Shown here: positions 6,268 through 14,629 of the stretch, piece after piece
How positions within the stretch are numbered: position 1 is the stretch's first letter
Layout of the letters: each line of letters opens with the position of its first letter
Assembly: GCA_003243455.1 (NCBI GenBank)
Contig: QFQS01000013.1
Span: 2,348 to 32,347, forward strand
Source: Cereibacter sphaeroides
GTDB taxonomy: Bacteria > Pseudomonadota > Alphaproteobacteria > Rhodobacterales > Rhodobacteraceae
Direction of reading: 5' to 3'
DNA length: 30,000 bases
Position numbers and translations under genes: made by a program
The notes under the pieces: generated by a model
Told to the model about the DNA's origin: nothing
What the model saw: the letters and a program-made list of their open reading frames with translations, nothing else
The model's database searches: none

Positions 6268-6300
6268 ATTACTATAAATCACGCTTTAATGATATTACAA
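6268..6300. promoter_or_regulatory. Overlapping divergent promoters for primase (-) and helicase (+)
   Basis: The minus strand reads TTGTAA (6295-6300)-18 nt-TATAGT (6271-6276). The plus strand reads ATTACT (6268-6273)-17 nt-GATATT (6291-6296). Both spacers share AAATCACGCTT. Confidence 0.4.
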
Positions 6301-6313
6301 GGAATAAAAAGGC

Positions 6314-8368
6314 ATGGTAGAGACACTGGAGCGCCAGATAGCGGCGATCGACAAAGACGCCATACTCCGCGCGCTGGGCGACTTGCCCGTGACTCCATAC
6401 GATCATCAGTTCGTAGCGTATGAGGCTTGTCAGCAAGCGATCCGCAAATATCCCGGCCCGGTTATTGTCGATGCCGCCGTGTCTGCGGGTAAGACAATCA
6501 TGATCGCCATGCTGGCGCGCCGGATCCGCGATCTCGGCTATCCGGCCATGATCCTGTCTCGTCAGGCGGAGATCATCGATCAGGACCATGAGGAGCTGAA
6601 AAACTTCCAGGTGTGGTCCTCGATCTACTGCGCGGGCATCAATAACACGAAGTCGAACAAATTCCCGATCATCGTCGGCTCGGAGGGTACGGTGATCGGC
6701 GGCATTAAGCCAGGCGAAAAGCTGGCGAACTATGCGCCGCTGTTCCTGCTGATCGATGAATGCCATCACGTCAACATTGAGGACCTGATCCGCTCGGAAA
6801 ATCGCAAGGTCCCGGAGTACCTGGTGGAGAATGGGGCCTATGTGCTGGACGAGTTCGGCGAAAAGGTTCAGGTAGGGGAACACGTCGGAGAGACTTACGA
6901 AGAAATGATCGAGAGTGGCCGCGCCGCCTATACGATCATCATTCGCACGTTTCAGGAGCGATGCCGCCGCGTCCACGGTAAGGAGCTGCGGATCATCGGT
7001 TACACCGGGACGCCTTACCGGGGCTGCGAGTCCATCATCCAGCCGGACCTTAAGGAGCCGGGATTCTGGCGTAAGAAGGTATGCGAGATCTCTACGGAAT
7101 ACCTGGTAAGCGTCGGCGCTGTCGTCCCGACACGCTTCGGGATCTCCGATCTCCGGTACGACCTGAGCCAGTGGCGATCGACGGGCGAGGAGGGGATCAA
7201 GGAGTTTTCCGACGCTGATATGAAAGCGATGGAAGCCGCGATCCACAAGGACAAAAAGCTAACACAAAAAATCATGGCGGAAGTGTACGCCATCACCGAA
7301 AACCGTAATGGGGTGCTGGTGACGTGCGCCGGGGTCCGCCACTGTAAAGAGGCCGCCGCCGCGCTGCCGGAGGGGACGCCGTTCGCCATCATCACGGAGG
7401 ACACGACGCCGCGCAAACGCCGCGAGATCCTCAAAGATGCCAATACGGGCAAAATAAAATTCATCTTCCAGGTTAACGCGCTCACGACGGGCGTCAACGT
7501 GCCTTTCTGGGACACGTCGGTGATCCTGCGTAAGATTGGCTCCCTTACCCTGTTAACCCAGCTCTTAGGCCGTGGGATGCGTATTCTTAAGCCGTTCCAT
7601 CTGTCCGCCGGGTACACGAAAGAGGATCACCTGGTACTCGACTACGCCGGGACGCTCGACGAGCTGGGATCGTTGTACTTCTCCCCGCTGCTGGAGGCTT
7701 ACCAGCATAACGCCGACGAGAGCAAGGGTAAGCTGGTTCAGCGCTGCCCGAAATGTTACGCGGCTGGCCGCACGGTAATGAATGGCGAACATGCTCGCCG
7801 TTGCCGCTGGGTGGATCCTGATACGAAAATCCGATGTGACCACTTTTTCACGTTCATAACCTGCGACGACTGGAAGGACTCCAGCGGGAAGATCGTCACG
7901 CAAAAAGGCTGCGGCGCGAAAAATGACATTGTGGCCCGCATTTGCCGCTGCTGCGGGAATAGCCTCGTGGATCCGAATGAGAAGCTATCCCACACGGCAT
8001 ACAGCAAGGATGATTATTGCACGGTCAGCGATTTCAGGATCGAGCCAGCGCGAGGCCGTAATGGCAACGATACGGGCGGCGTGGCTTTCCGGTACGTTCT
8101 GGAGCGTGACGGCGTGGAGTTCATCGCGTGGCAAGTGTTCTGGCCGGGTAGCGATTCCCCCCAGGCGCGCAAGGAGTGGCTACATAACGCGGTCAATAAG
8201 CACGTACTGGACGGAAGCATGAGAAAACAGATCAAGGAGTGCCGGACGGTCGGCGCTGTCATGAGTTACGCCGGGTACTTTATGCGCCCGCTCAAAGTGA
8301 CTCACCGCAAGATCGGCAAGGGTAAAGACATTATTTCGAACAAAATTTTTCTGAATGAGGACTTTTAA
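6314..8368 (+). CDS. SF2 (DEAD/DEAH, type III restriction Res-like) helicase with a C-terminal multi-Cys zinc module
   Basis: 684 aa. It has Walker A DAAVSAGKT, Walker B/DExH LLIDECHH and helicase C-domain motifs (TTGVNVP, LLGRGMR). The C-terminus has CPKC...C..C and C...CRCCG clusters. Confidence 0.9.
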   Translation: MVETLERQIAAIDKDAILRALGDLPVTPYDHQFVAYEACQQAIRKYPGPVIVDAAVSAGKTIMIAMLARRIRDLGYPAMILSRQAEIIDQDHEELKNFQVWSSIYCAGINNTKSNKFPIIVGSEGTVIGGIKPGEKLANYAPLFLLIDECHHVNIEDLIRSENRKVPEYLVENGAYVLDEFGEKVQVGEHVGETYEEMIESGRAAYTIIIRTFQERCRRVHGKELRIIGYTGTPYRGCESIIQPDLKEPGFWRKKVCEISTEYLVSVGAVVPTRFGISDLRYDLSQWRSTGEEGIKEFSDADMKAMEAAIHKDKKLTQKIMAEVYAITENRNGVLVTCAGVRHCKEAAAALPEGTPFAIITEDTTPRKRREILKDANTGKIKFIFQVNALTTGVNVPFWDTSVILRKIGSLTLLTQLLGRGMRILKPFHLSAGYTKEDHLVLDYAGTLDELGSLYFSPLLEAYQHNADESKGKLVQRCPKCYAAGRTVMNGEHARRCRWVDPDTKIRCDHFFTFITCDDWKDSSGKIVTQKGCGAKNDIVARICRCCGNSLVDPNEKLSHTAYSKDDYCTVSDFRIEPARGRNGNDTGGVAFRYVLERDGVEFIAWQVFWPGSDSPQARKEWLHNAVNKHVLDGSMRKQIKECRTVGAVMSYAGYFMRPLKVTHRKIGKGKDIISNKIFLNEDF

Positions 8369-8815
8369 ATGTACCTGTTAACCCGTGGAAATGTGACGAT
8401 CGACGTAAACGAGGGCAAGGACTGGCTGGAATTTACCCGCCGCCATAATCTGCCGCTCTGCCCGCTGGAGGCGGTGGAGCAAAAGGAAACTAACACTTAC
8501 TTGCGCTACTTCCACCCTGAGATCCTGGCGTTCCATCCGGTCAACGAATCGGGGGCCGCTGGTGATGAAAAGTACGGCGCGGAGCTGAAAAAACGCGGAC
8601 GCCTCACCGGGATCTCCGACTGGGTGATCCTGGAGCCACGCGGCGGCCATCCCTATGCCCTGATCGAGCTTAAGCGAAACCTTAAGAGCAAGAGCCGATT
8701 AACGCCGGACCAGAAAGAGGTCTTGCTGGCGGCCAAAAAGCGCGGCGCGTGGACTGCGGTCGCGTGGGGTTGTGACGCTTTCGAGGCGGCGCTGGAAATG
8801 TATCTTGCTTTGTAG
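8369..8815 (+). CDS. VRR-NUC domain nuclease
   Basis: 148 aa. GISDWVILEPRGGHPYALIELKR...LTPDQKEVLLAAKKRGAWTAVAWG matches the VRR-NUC D...ExK plus Q core. The junction with the helicase gene is TAAATG. Confidence 0.8.
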   Translation: MYLLTRGNVTIDVNEGKDWLEFTRRHNLPLCPLEAVEQKETNTYLRYFHPEILAFHPVNESGAAGDEKYGAELKKRGRLTGISDWVILEPRGGHPYALIELKRNLKSKSRLTPDQKEVLLAAKKRGAWTAVAWGCDAFEAALEMYLAL

Positions 8816-8844
8816 TTGCGAACATCACGAAAGCATGATATAAA
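8816..8844 (+). promoter_or_regulatory. Putative internal promoter ahead of the recombination genes
   Basis: TTGCGA-17 nt (ACATCACGAAAGCATGA)-TATAAA, with the ATCACG motif in the spacer. Confidence 0.5.
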
Positions 8845-8876
8845 ATAAGCCTACCCACCACGAAAGAGACGAGACG

Positions 8877-9923
8877 ATGGAACTACAAACAAACGGCCTG
8901 ATCCCTGAGCTGCCGACAATGGAAGTTTACGGATCGATGTTTATCGACGCCCGCGCGGCGGAGGACCTGAGTAACGAAGCCTATCACGAGGACGAGATCT
9001 ATATTACCGGGTCGAGCCTCTGGACCATTTTTAGCCAGTGTCCGGCGGCGTGGCGTTTCCAGAAAGCACAGGAGGACAAGGCCAAAAAACTTAACTCCGC
9101 CCAGAAGCCGCTCACGTTCGGGACCACTTCCCACACGATGTTACTTGAGCCGGACCGCTTCCAGCGTGAATTTTTCCGCCTGCCTAACCCGGACGACTTC
9201 CCGGAGCTGATTACCTCGATCGCCAAAATGCAAGCGTGGTTAAAAGAGCGCGGCCAGAAGGGCTACTCCAACAAAACGGCGGAGGAGCTGATCGCAATGT
9301 GCCGCCAGATCCAGCAACCGGACGAAGTGCTAAACATCTGGCACGAGATCGAGGCAAACGCCATCAAAGAGGCGAACGGTCGCGAGATCGTCCCGGCGAA
9401 GGACTGGGACCGCGTTCACTCTATGCGCGACGTGCTGCTGGCTAACCACAATTACCGCCGGATCATCGAGACGGGGATCCCGGAGCTGTCCATCTTCTGC
9501 ATTATCGACGGCGTTCCCGTTAAGGTGCGCCTGGACCGTGTGACGGACCTCGGCGAGATCATCGACTACAAGACCACGCAAAGCGCGGAGCCGGAGCGCT
9601 TCGGGCGTCTGGCTCACGATCTGGGCTACTGGTGCAAGATGGCGTTACAGCATGACTGCTTCCAGCTCTGCTACCAGCAAAACCCGACCGGGACGAAGTT
9701 ACTTGTACAGGAGAAGGACGAGCCGTGGCTGGCGCTCATGAATCGCCTTACGCCTGAGCAATTGATGATCGGGCGCGGCCAGTACAAGACGGCGCTCCAG
9801 CTCTTTAAACAGTGCCGCGATCTGGATATCTGGCCCGCCTACGCGAACGGCCAGGAGGAGATCGACCTCCGCACTCCGATTTATTTACAGCAACGTTACA
9901 AAGAATATTTTAAGGAGATCTAA
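8877..9923 (+). CDS. PD-(D/E)XK recombination exonuclease (RecE/exonuclease VIII C-terminal-domain-like)
   Basis: 348 aa. VRLDRVTDLGEIIDYKTTQS gives the D...(D/E)xK nuclease motif. It lies immediately upstream of the ERF annealase and SSB. Confidence 0.75.
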   Translation: MELQTNGLIPELPTMEVYGSMFIDARAAEDLSNEAYHEDEIYITGSSLWTIFSQCPAAWRFQKAQEDKAKKLNSAQKPLTFGTTSHTMLLEPDRFQREFFRLPNPDDFPELITSIAKMQAWLKERGQKGYSNKTAEELIAMCRQIQQPDEVLNIWHEIEANAIKEANGREIVPAKDWDRVHSMRDVLLANHNYRRIIETGIPELSIFCIIDGVPVKVRLDRVTDLGEIIDYKTTQSAEPERFGRLAHDLGYWCKMALQHDCFQLCYQQNPTGTKLLVQEKDEPWLALMNRLTPEQLMIGRGQYKTALQLFKQCRDLDIWPAYANGQEEIDLRTPIYLQQRYKEYFKEI

Positions 9924-10649
9924 ATGGAAAACATCATTCAGTTTTCGGCCACTCGTGGCGAGTTTATGAAAGCGTTTTTTGCTGCCCGGAAGAACATCGG
10001 CACGATCTCCAAAACGCGCAAAAACGACCACTTAAAATCGACTTACGCTAACCTGTCGGACTACCTGGACGCCATCGACTCCGCGATCGAGGAGCAAGGC
10101 TTGATGGTGATCCAGTCTCCTGGCGCGTTCACCGCTGCGGGCGATATGCCGATGGAAACCAGGATCGAGCATGTCGAATCTGGCGAGTTTATGGTGGCGC
10201 TCATGGAGATCCACGTCGATCGCAAAAATGCCCAGGGCGACGGCTCCGCGATTTCCTACGCCCGCCGCTACCACATCGGCGCGCTGTTCGGCCTGACTGC
10301 CGACGACGACGACGGCCACGGCGCTAAACGCAAGTTTGCCGACTACAAAAAAGAGTTTGACCTGATCGAAGATATTACCGAACTGAAAAAAGAGGCCCGC
10401 GTGGCGTTCATGTACCTGAAAGGCCAGGAGACGGAGCAAAACCTGATCCACGAGTACGTCGCGAAACGCGAAGCCAAAGCGGCGGCCTCTACTGCGGTCG
10501 GCTTCAATCCGGCGGCCCCGGTTGCTCGTCGTGGTCAGAAGCCGCAAAATGCGCAAGCCACGGTACAGGGGCAGACGCCGGAGCCGGAAGCGAAAGAGGC
10601 CCCCGCTCCGGTACAGGACGACAAAAAACCGAATCTTGAGGACTTCTAA
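9924..10649 (+). CDS. ERF-family single-strand annealing protein
   Basis: 241 aa. It has an ERF-like N-terminal core ([14 protein letters not shown]..., SYARRY...GL) and a low-complexity acidic/Pro-rich tail. An AAGGAG RBS is present. Confidence 0.75.
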   Translation: MENIIQFSATRGEFMKAFFAARKNIGTISKTRKNDHLKSTYANLSDYLDAIDSAIEEQGLMVIQSPGAFTAAGDMPMETRIEHVESGEFMVALMEIHVDRKNAQGDGSAISYARRYHIGALFGLTADDDDGHGAKRKFADYKKEFDLIEDITELKKEARVAFMYLKGQETEQNLIHEYVAKREAKAAASTAVGFNPAAPVARRGQKPQNAQATVQGQTPEPEAKEAPAPVQDDKKPNLEDF

Positions 10650-10651
10650 AC

Positions 10652-11200
10652 ATGGCATCACGCGGCGTAAATAAGGTGATTCTGGTCGGCAATCTGGGAC
10701 AGGATCCCGAAGTAAGATATATGCCGTCGGGCGGGGCGGTCGCGAACATCACGATCGCCACCTCTGAGTCCTGGCGCGATAAGCAGACCGGGGAGCAAAA
10801 AGAACAAACGGAATGGCATCGCGTGGTTCTGTTCGGCAAGCTGGCGGAGATCGCCGGGGAGTACCTCAAAAAAGGCTCACAGGTCTACATTGAGGGCCAG
10901 TTACGGACGCGCAAATGGACAGACCAGCAAGGCGTCGAGAAGTACACGACGGAGGTCGTCGTGAACGTTGGCGGCACTATGCAAATGCTGGGTAGCCGGG
11001 GCGGGAATGATGGCGGCCAGTCTGGGGGGAACGGTGGCGGGCGTCAGTATTCCGGCCAGACCTCCGGCTGGAATGGCAATTCTCGCAATTCTCCGGGCAG
11101 TGGCGGGGCGCAAACGCAAAAAGGCGGGGGTAGTAGCCAAAATGCCGGACAAGGCGCTGGAGAGCCTCCTATGGACTTCGACGACGATATCCCGTTTTAA
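10652..11200 (+). CDS. ssb: Single-stranded DNA-binding protein
   Basis: 182 aa. [42 protein letters not shown]... is nearly identical to E. coli SSB over the OB fold. It has a Gly-rich linker and the C-terminal [11 protein letters not shown] tip. Confidence 0.95.
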   Translation: MASRGVNKVILVGNLGQDPEVRYMPSGGAVANITIATSESWRDKQTGEQKEQTEWHRVVLFGKLAEIAGEYLKKGSQVYIEGQLRTRKWTDQQGVEKYTTEVVVNVGGTMQMLGSRGGNDGGQSGGNGGGRQYSGQTSGWNGNSRNSPGSGGAQTQKGGGSSQNAGQGAGEPPMDFDDDIPF

Positions 11201-11206
11201 CTCACT

Positions 11207-11222
11207 GGCCCCTCCGGGGGCC
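11207..11222 (+). other. GC stem-loop after ssb with no U tract
   Basis: GGCCCC-tccg-GGGGCC followed by TGATCCTCCC. It may be a processing or stability element, or a weak attenuator. Confidence 0.35.
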
Positions 11223-11243
11223 TGATCCTCCCAGGGGTCGAAG

Positions 11244-11684
11244 ATGAAACAATGTACAGTCTGCAAAGAGCTTAAGCCGCTGGAGGCGTTCCACAGAAAC
11301 CGGAGCAAAAAGGACGGGCGGGACTGCCGCTGTAGCGCCTGCAAAAACGCGAAGGGCCGGAGCTATTACCACGCCGATCCAGTGCGCAAAGAGAAGATCA
11401 TCGCCAGCGTAAAGGCATACCAGGCCGGACCGGGACGCGAGCTGGCAAACGCCACAAAGTCGGCATACCACACGAGACACGCCAAAAAGCGGCGCGCTCA
11501 TAATCTGGTCTATAACGCTTTAAGGCGCGGGGACCTCGTGAAAAGCCCGTGTGAGTGCTGCGGGGAGTTAAAGGTGGTAGGGCATCACGACGACTACGAT
11601 CGCCCGTTAGACGTGCGCTGGCTTTGCGAGAGGCATCACAAGGAATGGCATCGGCTCCACGGGGAAGCCTTAAATCCCGATTGA
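11244..11684 (+). CDS. HNH-type endonuclease-like protein
   Basis: 146 aa. It has an N-terminal CxxC...CxxC region and a C-terminal CECCG.LKVVGHHDDYDRPLDVRWLCERHHKEWH motif (HNH/His-Me finger signature). Confidence 0.65.
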   Translation: MKQCTVCKELKPLEAFHRNRSKKDGRDCRCSACKNAKGRSYYHADPVRKEKIIASVKAYQAGPGRELANATKSAYHTRHAKKRRAHNLVYNALRRGDLVKSPCECCGELKVVGHHDDYDRPLDVRWLCERHHKEWHRLHGEALNPD

Positions 11685-11709
11685 CGTAAATCACTAACTA
11701 ATTAATAAT
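11681..11709 (+). promoter_or_regulatory. Near-consensus sigma70 promoter for the XRE gene
   Basis: TTGACG-17 nt (TAAATCACTAACTAATT)-AATAAT. ATCAC(T/G) occurs twice (11690, 11708). Direct repeats GACGTAA and GACGTTAA flank the promoter. Confidence 0.55.
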
Positions 11710-11726
11710 CACGGAGACGTTAACAA

Positions 11727-11954
11727 ATGTTGGAGCCTATGATGGCACAGAAACTTAAGCCCGTTTGCCTCGTGAAAGAAGTCCGCGAGGCGAAGGGCGT
11801 AAAACAGAAAGATTTAGCGGACGCGACGGGCATCCTCCAGCAACGTTTAAGCTGCTATGAGAACGGCCACGAGCTGCCGTCTGTAACTAACCTCTGCCGC
11901 CTGGCTATGGCGCTGGATGTTTCCATTAACGATTTGATCGAGTACGGAGTGTAA
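11727..11954 (+). CDS. XRE/Cro-type helix-turn-helix transcriptional regulator
   Basis: 75 aa. VREAKGVKQKDLADATGILQQRLSCYENGHELPSVTNLCRLAMALDVSINDLI is a canonical HTH_XRE pattern. Confidence 0.8.
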   Translation: MLEPMMAQKLKPVCLVKEVREAKGVKQKDLADATGILQQRLSCYENGHELPSVTNLCRLAMALDVSINDLIEYGV

Positions 11955-11955
11955 C

Positions 11956-12195
11956 GTGGAGAATAAAGCCCAGCCCATGACCGGGGCAGATATCAAAGGC
12001 TATCGCACATTAAGCGAAGGTGATAAGCAACAAATGAATCACCTTAAGGATGTAAGCCGACACTTTATTAACCTGCTGGAAACGGCGAAAGAGTCTGGAG
12101 CGGATCCTCGCTGGATCGCTCGTGCGCGTACTGCAATGCAAGACGCTTGCATGTTCGGCTGTCGGGCGGTAGCGAAACCGGACGATGATTGTTAA
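11956..12195 (+). CDS. Hypothetical protein (79 aa, GTG start)
   Basis: GGAG lies 8 nt upstream of the GTG. The ORF is helical with a DPRWIARARTAMQDACMFGCRAV segment. Its function is not recognised. Confidence 0.55.
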   Translation: MENKAQPMTGADIKGYRTLSEGDKQQMNHLKDVSRHFINLLETAKESGADPRWIARARTAMQDACMFGCRAVAKPDDDC

Positions 12196-12212
12196 ACCGG
12201 AATCGAGAGACG

Positions 12213-12241
12213 AGAAAGGGGCCATTACGGCCCCTTTTTTT
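12213..12241. terminator. Bidirectional intrinsic terminator between the early-right operon and the tailspike gene
   Basis: AGAAA-GGGGCC-attac-GGCCCC-TTTTTTT. The tailspike stop codon lies in the T tract. The element is nearly the same as the one at 742-764. Confidence 0.75.
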
Positions 12242-14591
12242 ATAACGGCGGGAAAGTGGAGATCTGTTTCCACATCCTGATTTTAGTCCCCTCCGGGACG
12301 GGGTTCTGGATGGGGTCGGCAATATCGACAACTATCGGCTTGCCCGTATCGTCCGGCGGCGTCTGGTACGGCGGACGGACGACCGTCGTAACGAGATCAG
12401 CGCCACCAGCCCCACCCTGCGGAATGACGATCCGCGTACCGGGGGACAGCATCGTGGTATAAAGCCACGGCGATCCACTGCTTACCCCGTTAGGCGTCAG
12501 GAATTGCACGATCTGGCGAGCGCCTACGGCTGCGGCGTGGATCTTGGCCCGGTCGTCCTTCGGGAAGTATGCGCCCCACTCCGTAACGATGTACGGCTTA
12601 AGGTTCACGATCCCCCCAGGACCATTAGCCGGGTCGTTGCTGCCATAGTCGTAAATCCAGACCACATCACCGCGATCAAACTCACGTCCGCACGGGAAGA
12701 AATTGCCGTATCCGCCGTGGCTGGTGATTTCCGGGAAAAACTGTTTCCCGACGTTCCCCAGGAGCTGGCCCAGCGAGCCGTCCAGGTTGACGTACATCCG
12801 GGCCTCGACGTTACAGTTAATCATGTTGATATTGCTGTAACGGCATTTGCTCCACGCCTGTTTTGCCGGGTTAAGGCTGTTAACGTTCATCATGTTAAGC
12901 ACAGACTTGGTGCGGATATACTGGCCGCTGGAAGTCGTACCGCCTGCGGAGTCGTCGCCCACGGCGTCCAGCTCCCAGAAATTAACGTTAATCATGTCGA
13001 GCTGAGTCGCCACGCCGAAGATCGTCAGGCGATAACAGTCGATATTTTCCAGCTTAACGCGGTTGTCGTGCGGCGCACGGTTCACGCCTGCGGTCGGATC
13101 GCCGGGGTCGGCTGCAACCGGGCAGTAAACGCGGCCCGTTTTGGTGCGCACGTTGCGGATCGTATAGTTGCGCGGAGATGACAGACGCGGCGGCCCCCAT
13201 TCCATATGGATAATGCGGAGGTCGTGGACGTCGGTCGAGGAGTTGGTGACAGGCTCCCCGGTCACGCCATCGATCAGGAAGTCCTTACAGCCGGACGTAT
13301 AGATCCCGGCGGTGGTGATACCAGTCCCCACAGACTTGTTTACGTTCGGGTTAACGGTCACATTCTCGATCGAGAAGTCGCGGCCCATTTCAACGTGAAT
13401 ACACTGTTTACAGTCATTCACGAGGACGTTACGGATCGTAAAGTTGCGCGCGTAGTTCTCGTCAGGCAGATCCCAGCCGTAAGGGCCTTTGCCCGCGATA
13501 CCAATCCCCAGGCCCCAGTTAGAGGCGAAGTTGCCGGGGTTAATCCCGTCGATGTTGTCGAGGAGAATATTTTCGATAACGCAACCATTTTCAAAGCATT
13601 GATGGACCACGTTAAGCTCGATCCCGTCGCCCTGCATGTTGACGAAAGCGAGGTTGCGGAAGATACCGCGCGACATAAACGCATTCCCGCCCTGGTGAAT
13701 GATGCCGTTATATCCATTGGTGAATAAACATCCGTCGATCTCGATCGTTCCCCAGATCTGCGGGCCGCCTGATTGTACGCCCTGGATGTTGATATGGCTG
13801 TTATTGCTGCCGCCGGGGATCCCGTCGTACCAGCAATCGAACATCCTCACGTCGCCGCCGTCATGGCGCATACGGTGGCCGTTACGGCCATTGACGCCGC
13901 GTAGGGTGGTATTCTGACACCACATCGAACGACCGCGCCACGTACCGCCGATAACCTCACAATTCACGAAGCGGGGATCGTTGCCAGTCAGCGTCCAGTC
14001 GCCGCCAAAAATGCGAATATTGGAGGCGGTCAGGATCCCGTTAGTGGTCCCTTTCCAGCCGTCCGCCCGGACGTCGAGGCCGTTCGCGCTGGCGTAGTCA
14101 AACATGGCCTGTAAAGCTGCCGTTACAGTTGCGTAAGGTGCTTTGCCGACGAAGTTCCACGGCGTCACGTAGCCGTTTAGCTGCTCCTGCACGTTGCCGA
14201 CGGGCGTCCCGACGTACTTCGCCCCGTTCTGGGACAGAAGCAAATTCCACATCTGGACGGGATCATATTTAAAGAGATTGGAAAAGGTGAAGATCACGAC
14301 GTCGTTTTGGTCTGCGACGACCATAGACGACTCAATTTTGGTGATCAGCTTGACCACTTGACCATTCCAGACCGGGAAGCCTGCGACGTTCGTCCGCACG
14401 GGTTGCGGGATAGGCGTCAGGGTCCCGTCCTCGTTCTCGACGTAGACCTGGACCTGGTTCGCCGGGTTAGTGGGATCCGTGTCAGCCTTTCCCGCGTAGA
14501 TCTTCCCGTTCGCCAGCGCGGCGAAACGGTCGTTGCGAAAGAAAGGTTGCGACGGCATTCCCAGATTGGAAAAGACCTCAAGATCTGCCAT
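12240..14591 (-). CDS. Tailspike: P22 gp9-like N-terminal head-binding domain plus a right-handed beta-helix receptor-binding/depolymerase body
   Basis: 783 aa. The N-terminus FAALANGKIYAGKADTDPTNPANQVQVYVENEDGTLTPIPQPVRTNVAGFPVWNGQVVKLIT matches P22 gp9 [62 protein letters not shown] (from memory). The remainder is rich in beta-helix-like N/G/I/V repeats. Confidence 0.9.
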   Translation of the reverse strand: MADLEVFSNLGMPSQPFFRNDRFAALANGKIYAGKADTDPTNPANQVQVYVENEDGTLTPIPQPVRTNVAGFPVWNGQVVKLITKIESSMVVADQNDVVIFTFSNLFKYDPVQMWNLLLSQNGAKYVGTPVGNVQEQLNGYVTPWNFVGKAPYATVTAALQAMFDYASANGLDVRADGWKGTTNGILTASNIRIFGGDWTLTGNDPRFVNCEVIGGTWRGRSMWCQNTTLRGVNGRNGHRMRHDGGDVRMFDCWYDGIPGGSNNSHINIQGVQSGGPQIWGTIEIDGCLFTNGYNGIIHQGGNAFMSRGIFRNLAFVNMQGDGIELNVVHQCFENGCVIENILLDNIDGINPGNFASNWGLGIGIAGKGPYGWDLPDENYARNFTIRNVLVNDCKQCIHVEMGRDFSIENVTVNPNVNKSVGTGITTAGIYTSGCKDFLIDGVTGEPVTNSSTDVHDLRIIHMEWGPPRLSSPRNYTIRNVRTKTGRVYCPVAADPGDPTAGVNRAPHDNRVKLENIDCYRLTIFGVATQLDMINVNFWELDAVGDDSAGGTTSSGQYIRTKSVLNMMNVNSLNPAKQAWSKCRYSNINMINCNVEARMYVNLDGSLGQLLGNVGKQFFPEITSHGGYGNFFPCGREFDRGDVVWIYDYGSNDPANGPGGIVNLKPYIVTEWGAYFPKDDRAKIHAAAVGARQIVQFLTPNGVSSGSPWLYTTMLSPGTRIVIPQGGAGGADLVTTVVRPPYQTPPDDTGKPIVVDIADPIQNPVPEGTKIRMWKQISTFPPL

Positions 14592-14603
14592 TTATCGCTC
14601 CAT

Positions 14604-14625
14604 TAGAAAGGGGGCTTGCGCCCCC
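14604..14625 (-). other. Stem-loop or weak terminator upstream of the tailspike gene
   Basis: The minus strand reads GGGGGC-gcaa-GCCCCC followed by TTTCT. Confidence 0.4.
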
Positions 14626-14629
14626 GTTG

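Noticed and set aside
6274-6290. Reading the AAATCACGCTT element as an IHF site (WATCARNNNNTTR)
   Set aside because: It mismatches at the R position and at the TTR arm in most copies. The shared core is ATCACG, not the IHF consensus.
5487-6320. 277-aa plus-strand ORF and the 65-aa ORF at 5378-5575
   Set aside because: They are antisense to, or overlap, the primase-like gene and its terminator. They have no coding signal beyond the GC-rich shadow frame.
6272-7246. 324-aa ORF on the minus strand
   Set aside because: It is entirely antisense to the helicase gene, whose frame carries Walker A/B and helicase C motifs. Its Arg/Leu/Asp-rich composition is typical of the shadow frame of GC-rich coding DNA. 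It has no RBS or motifs.
10901-11344. 147-aa minus-strand ORF and 85-aa plus-strand ORF over the end of ssb
   Set aside because: They are generated by the Gly-rich, GC-rich linker of SSB. The SSB frame is unambiguous.
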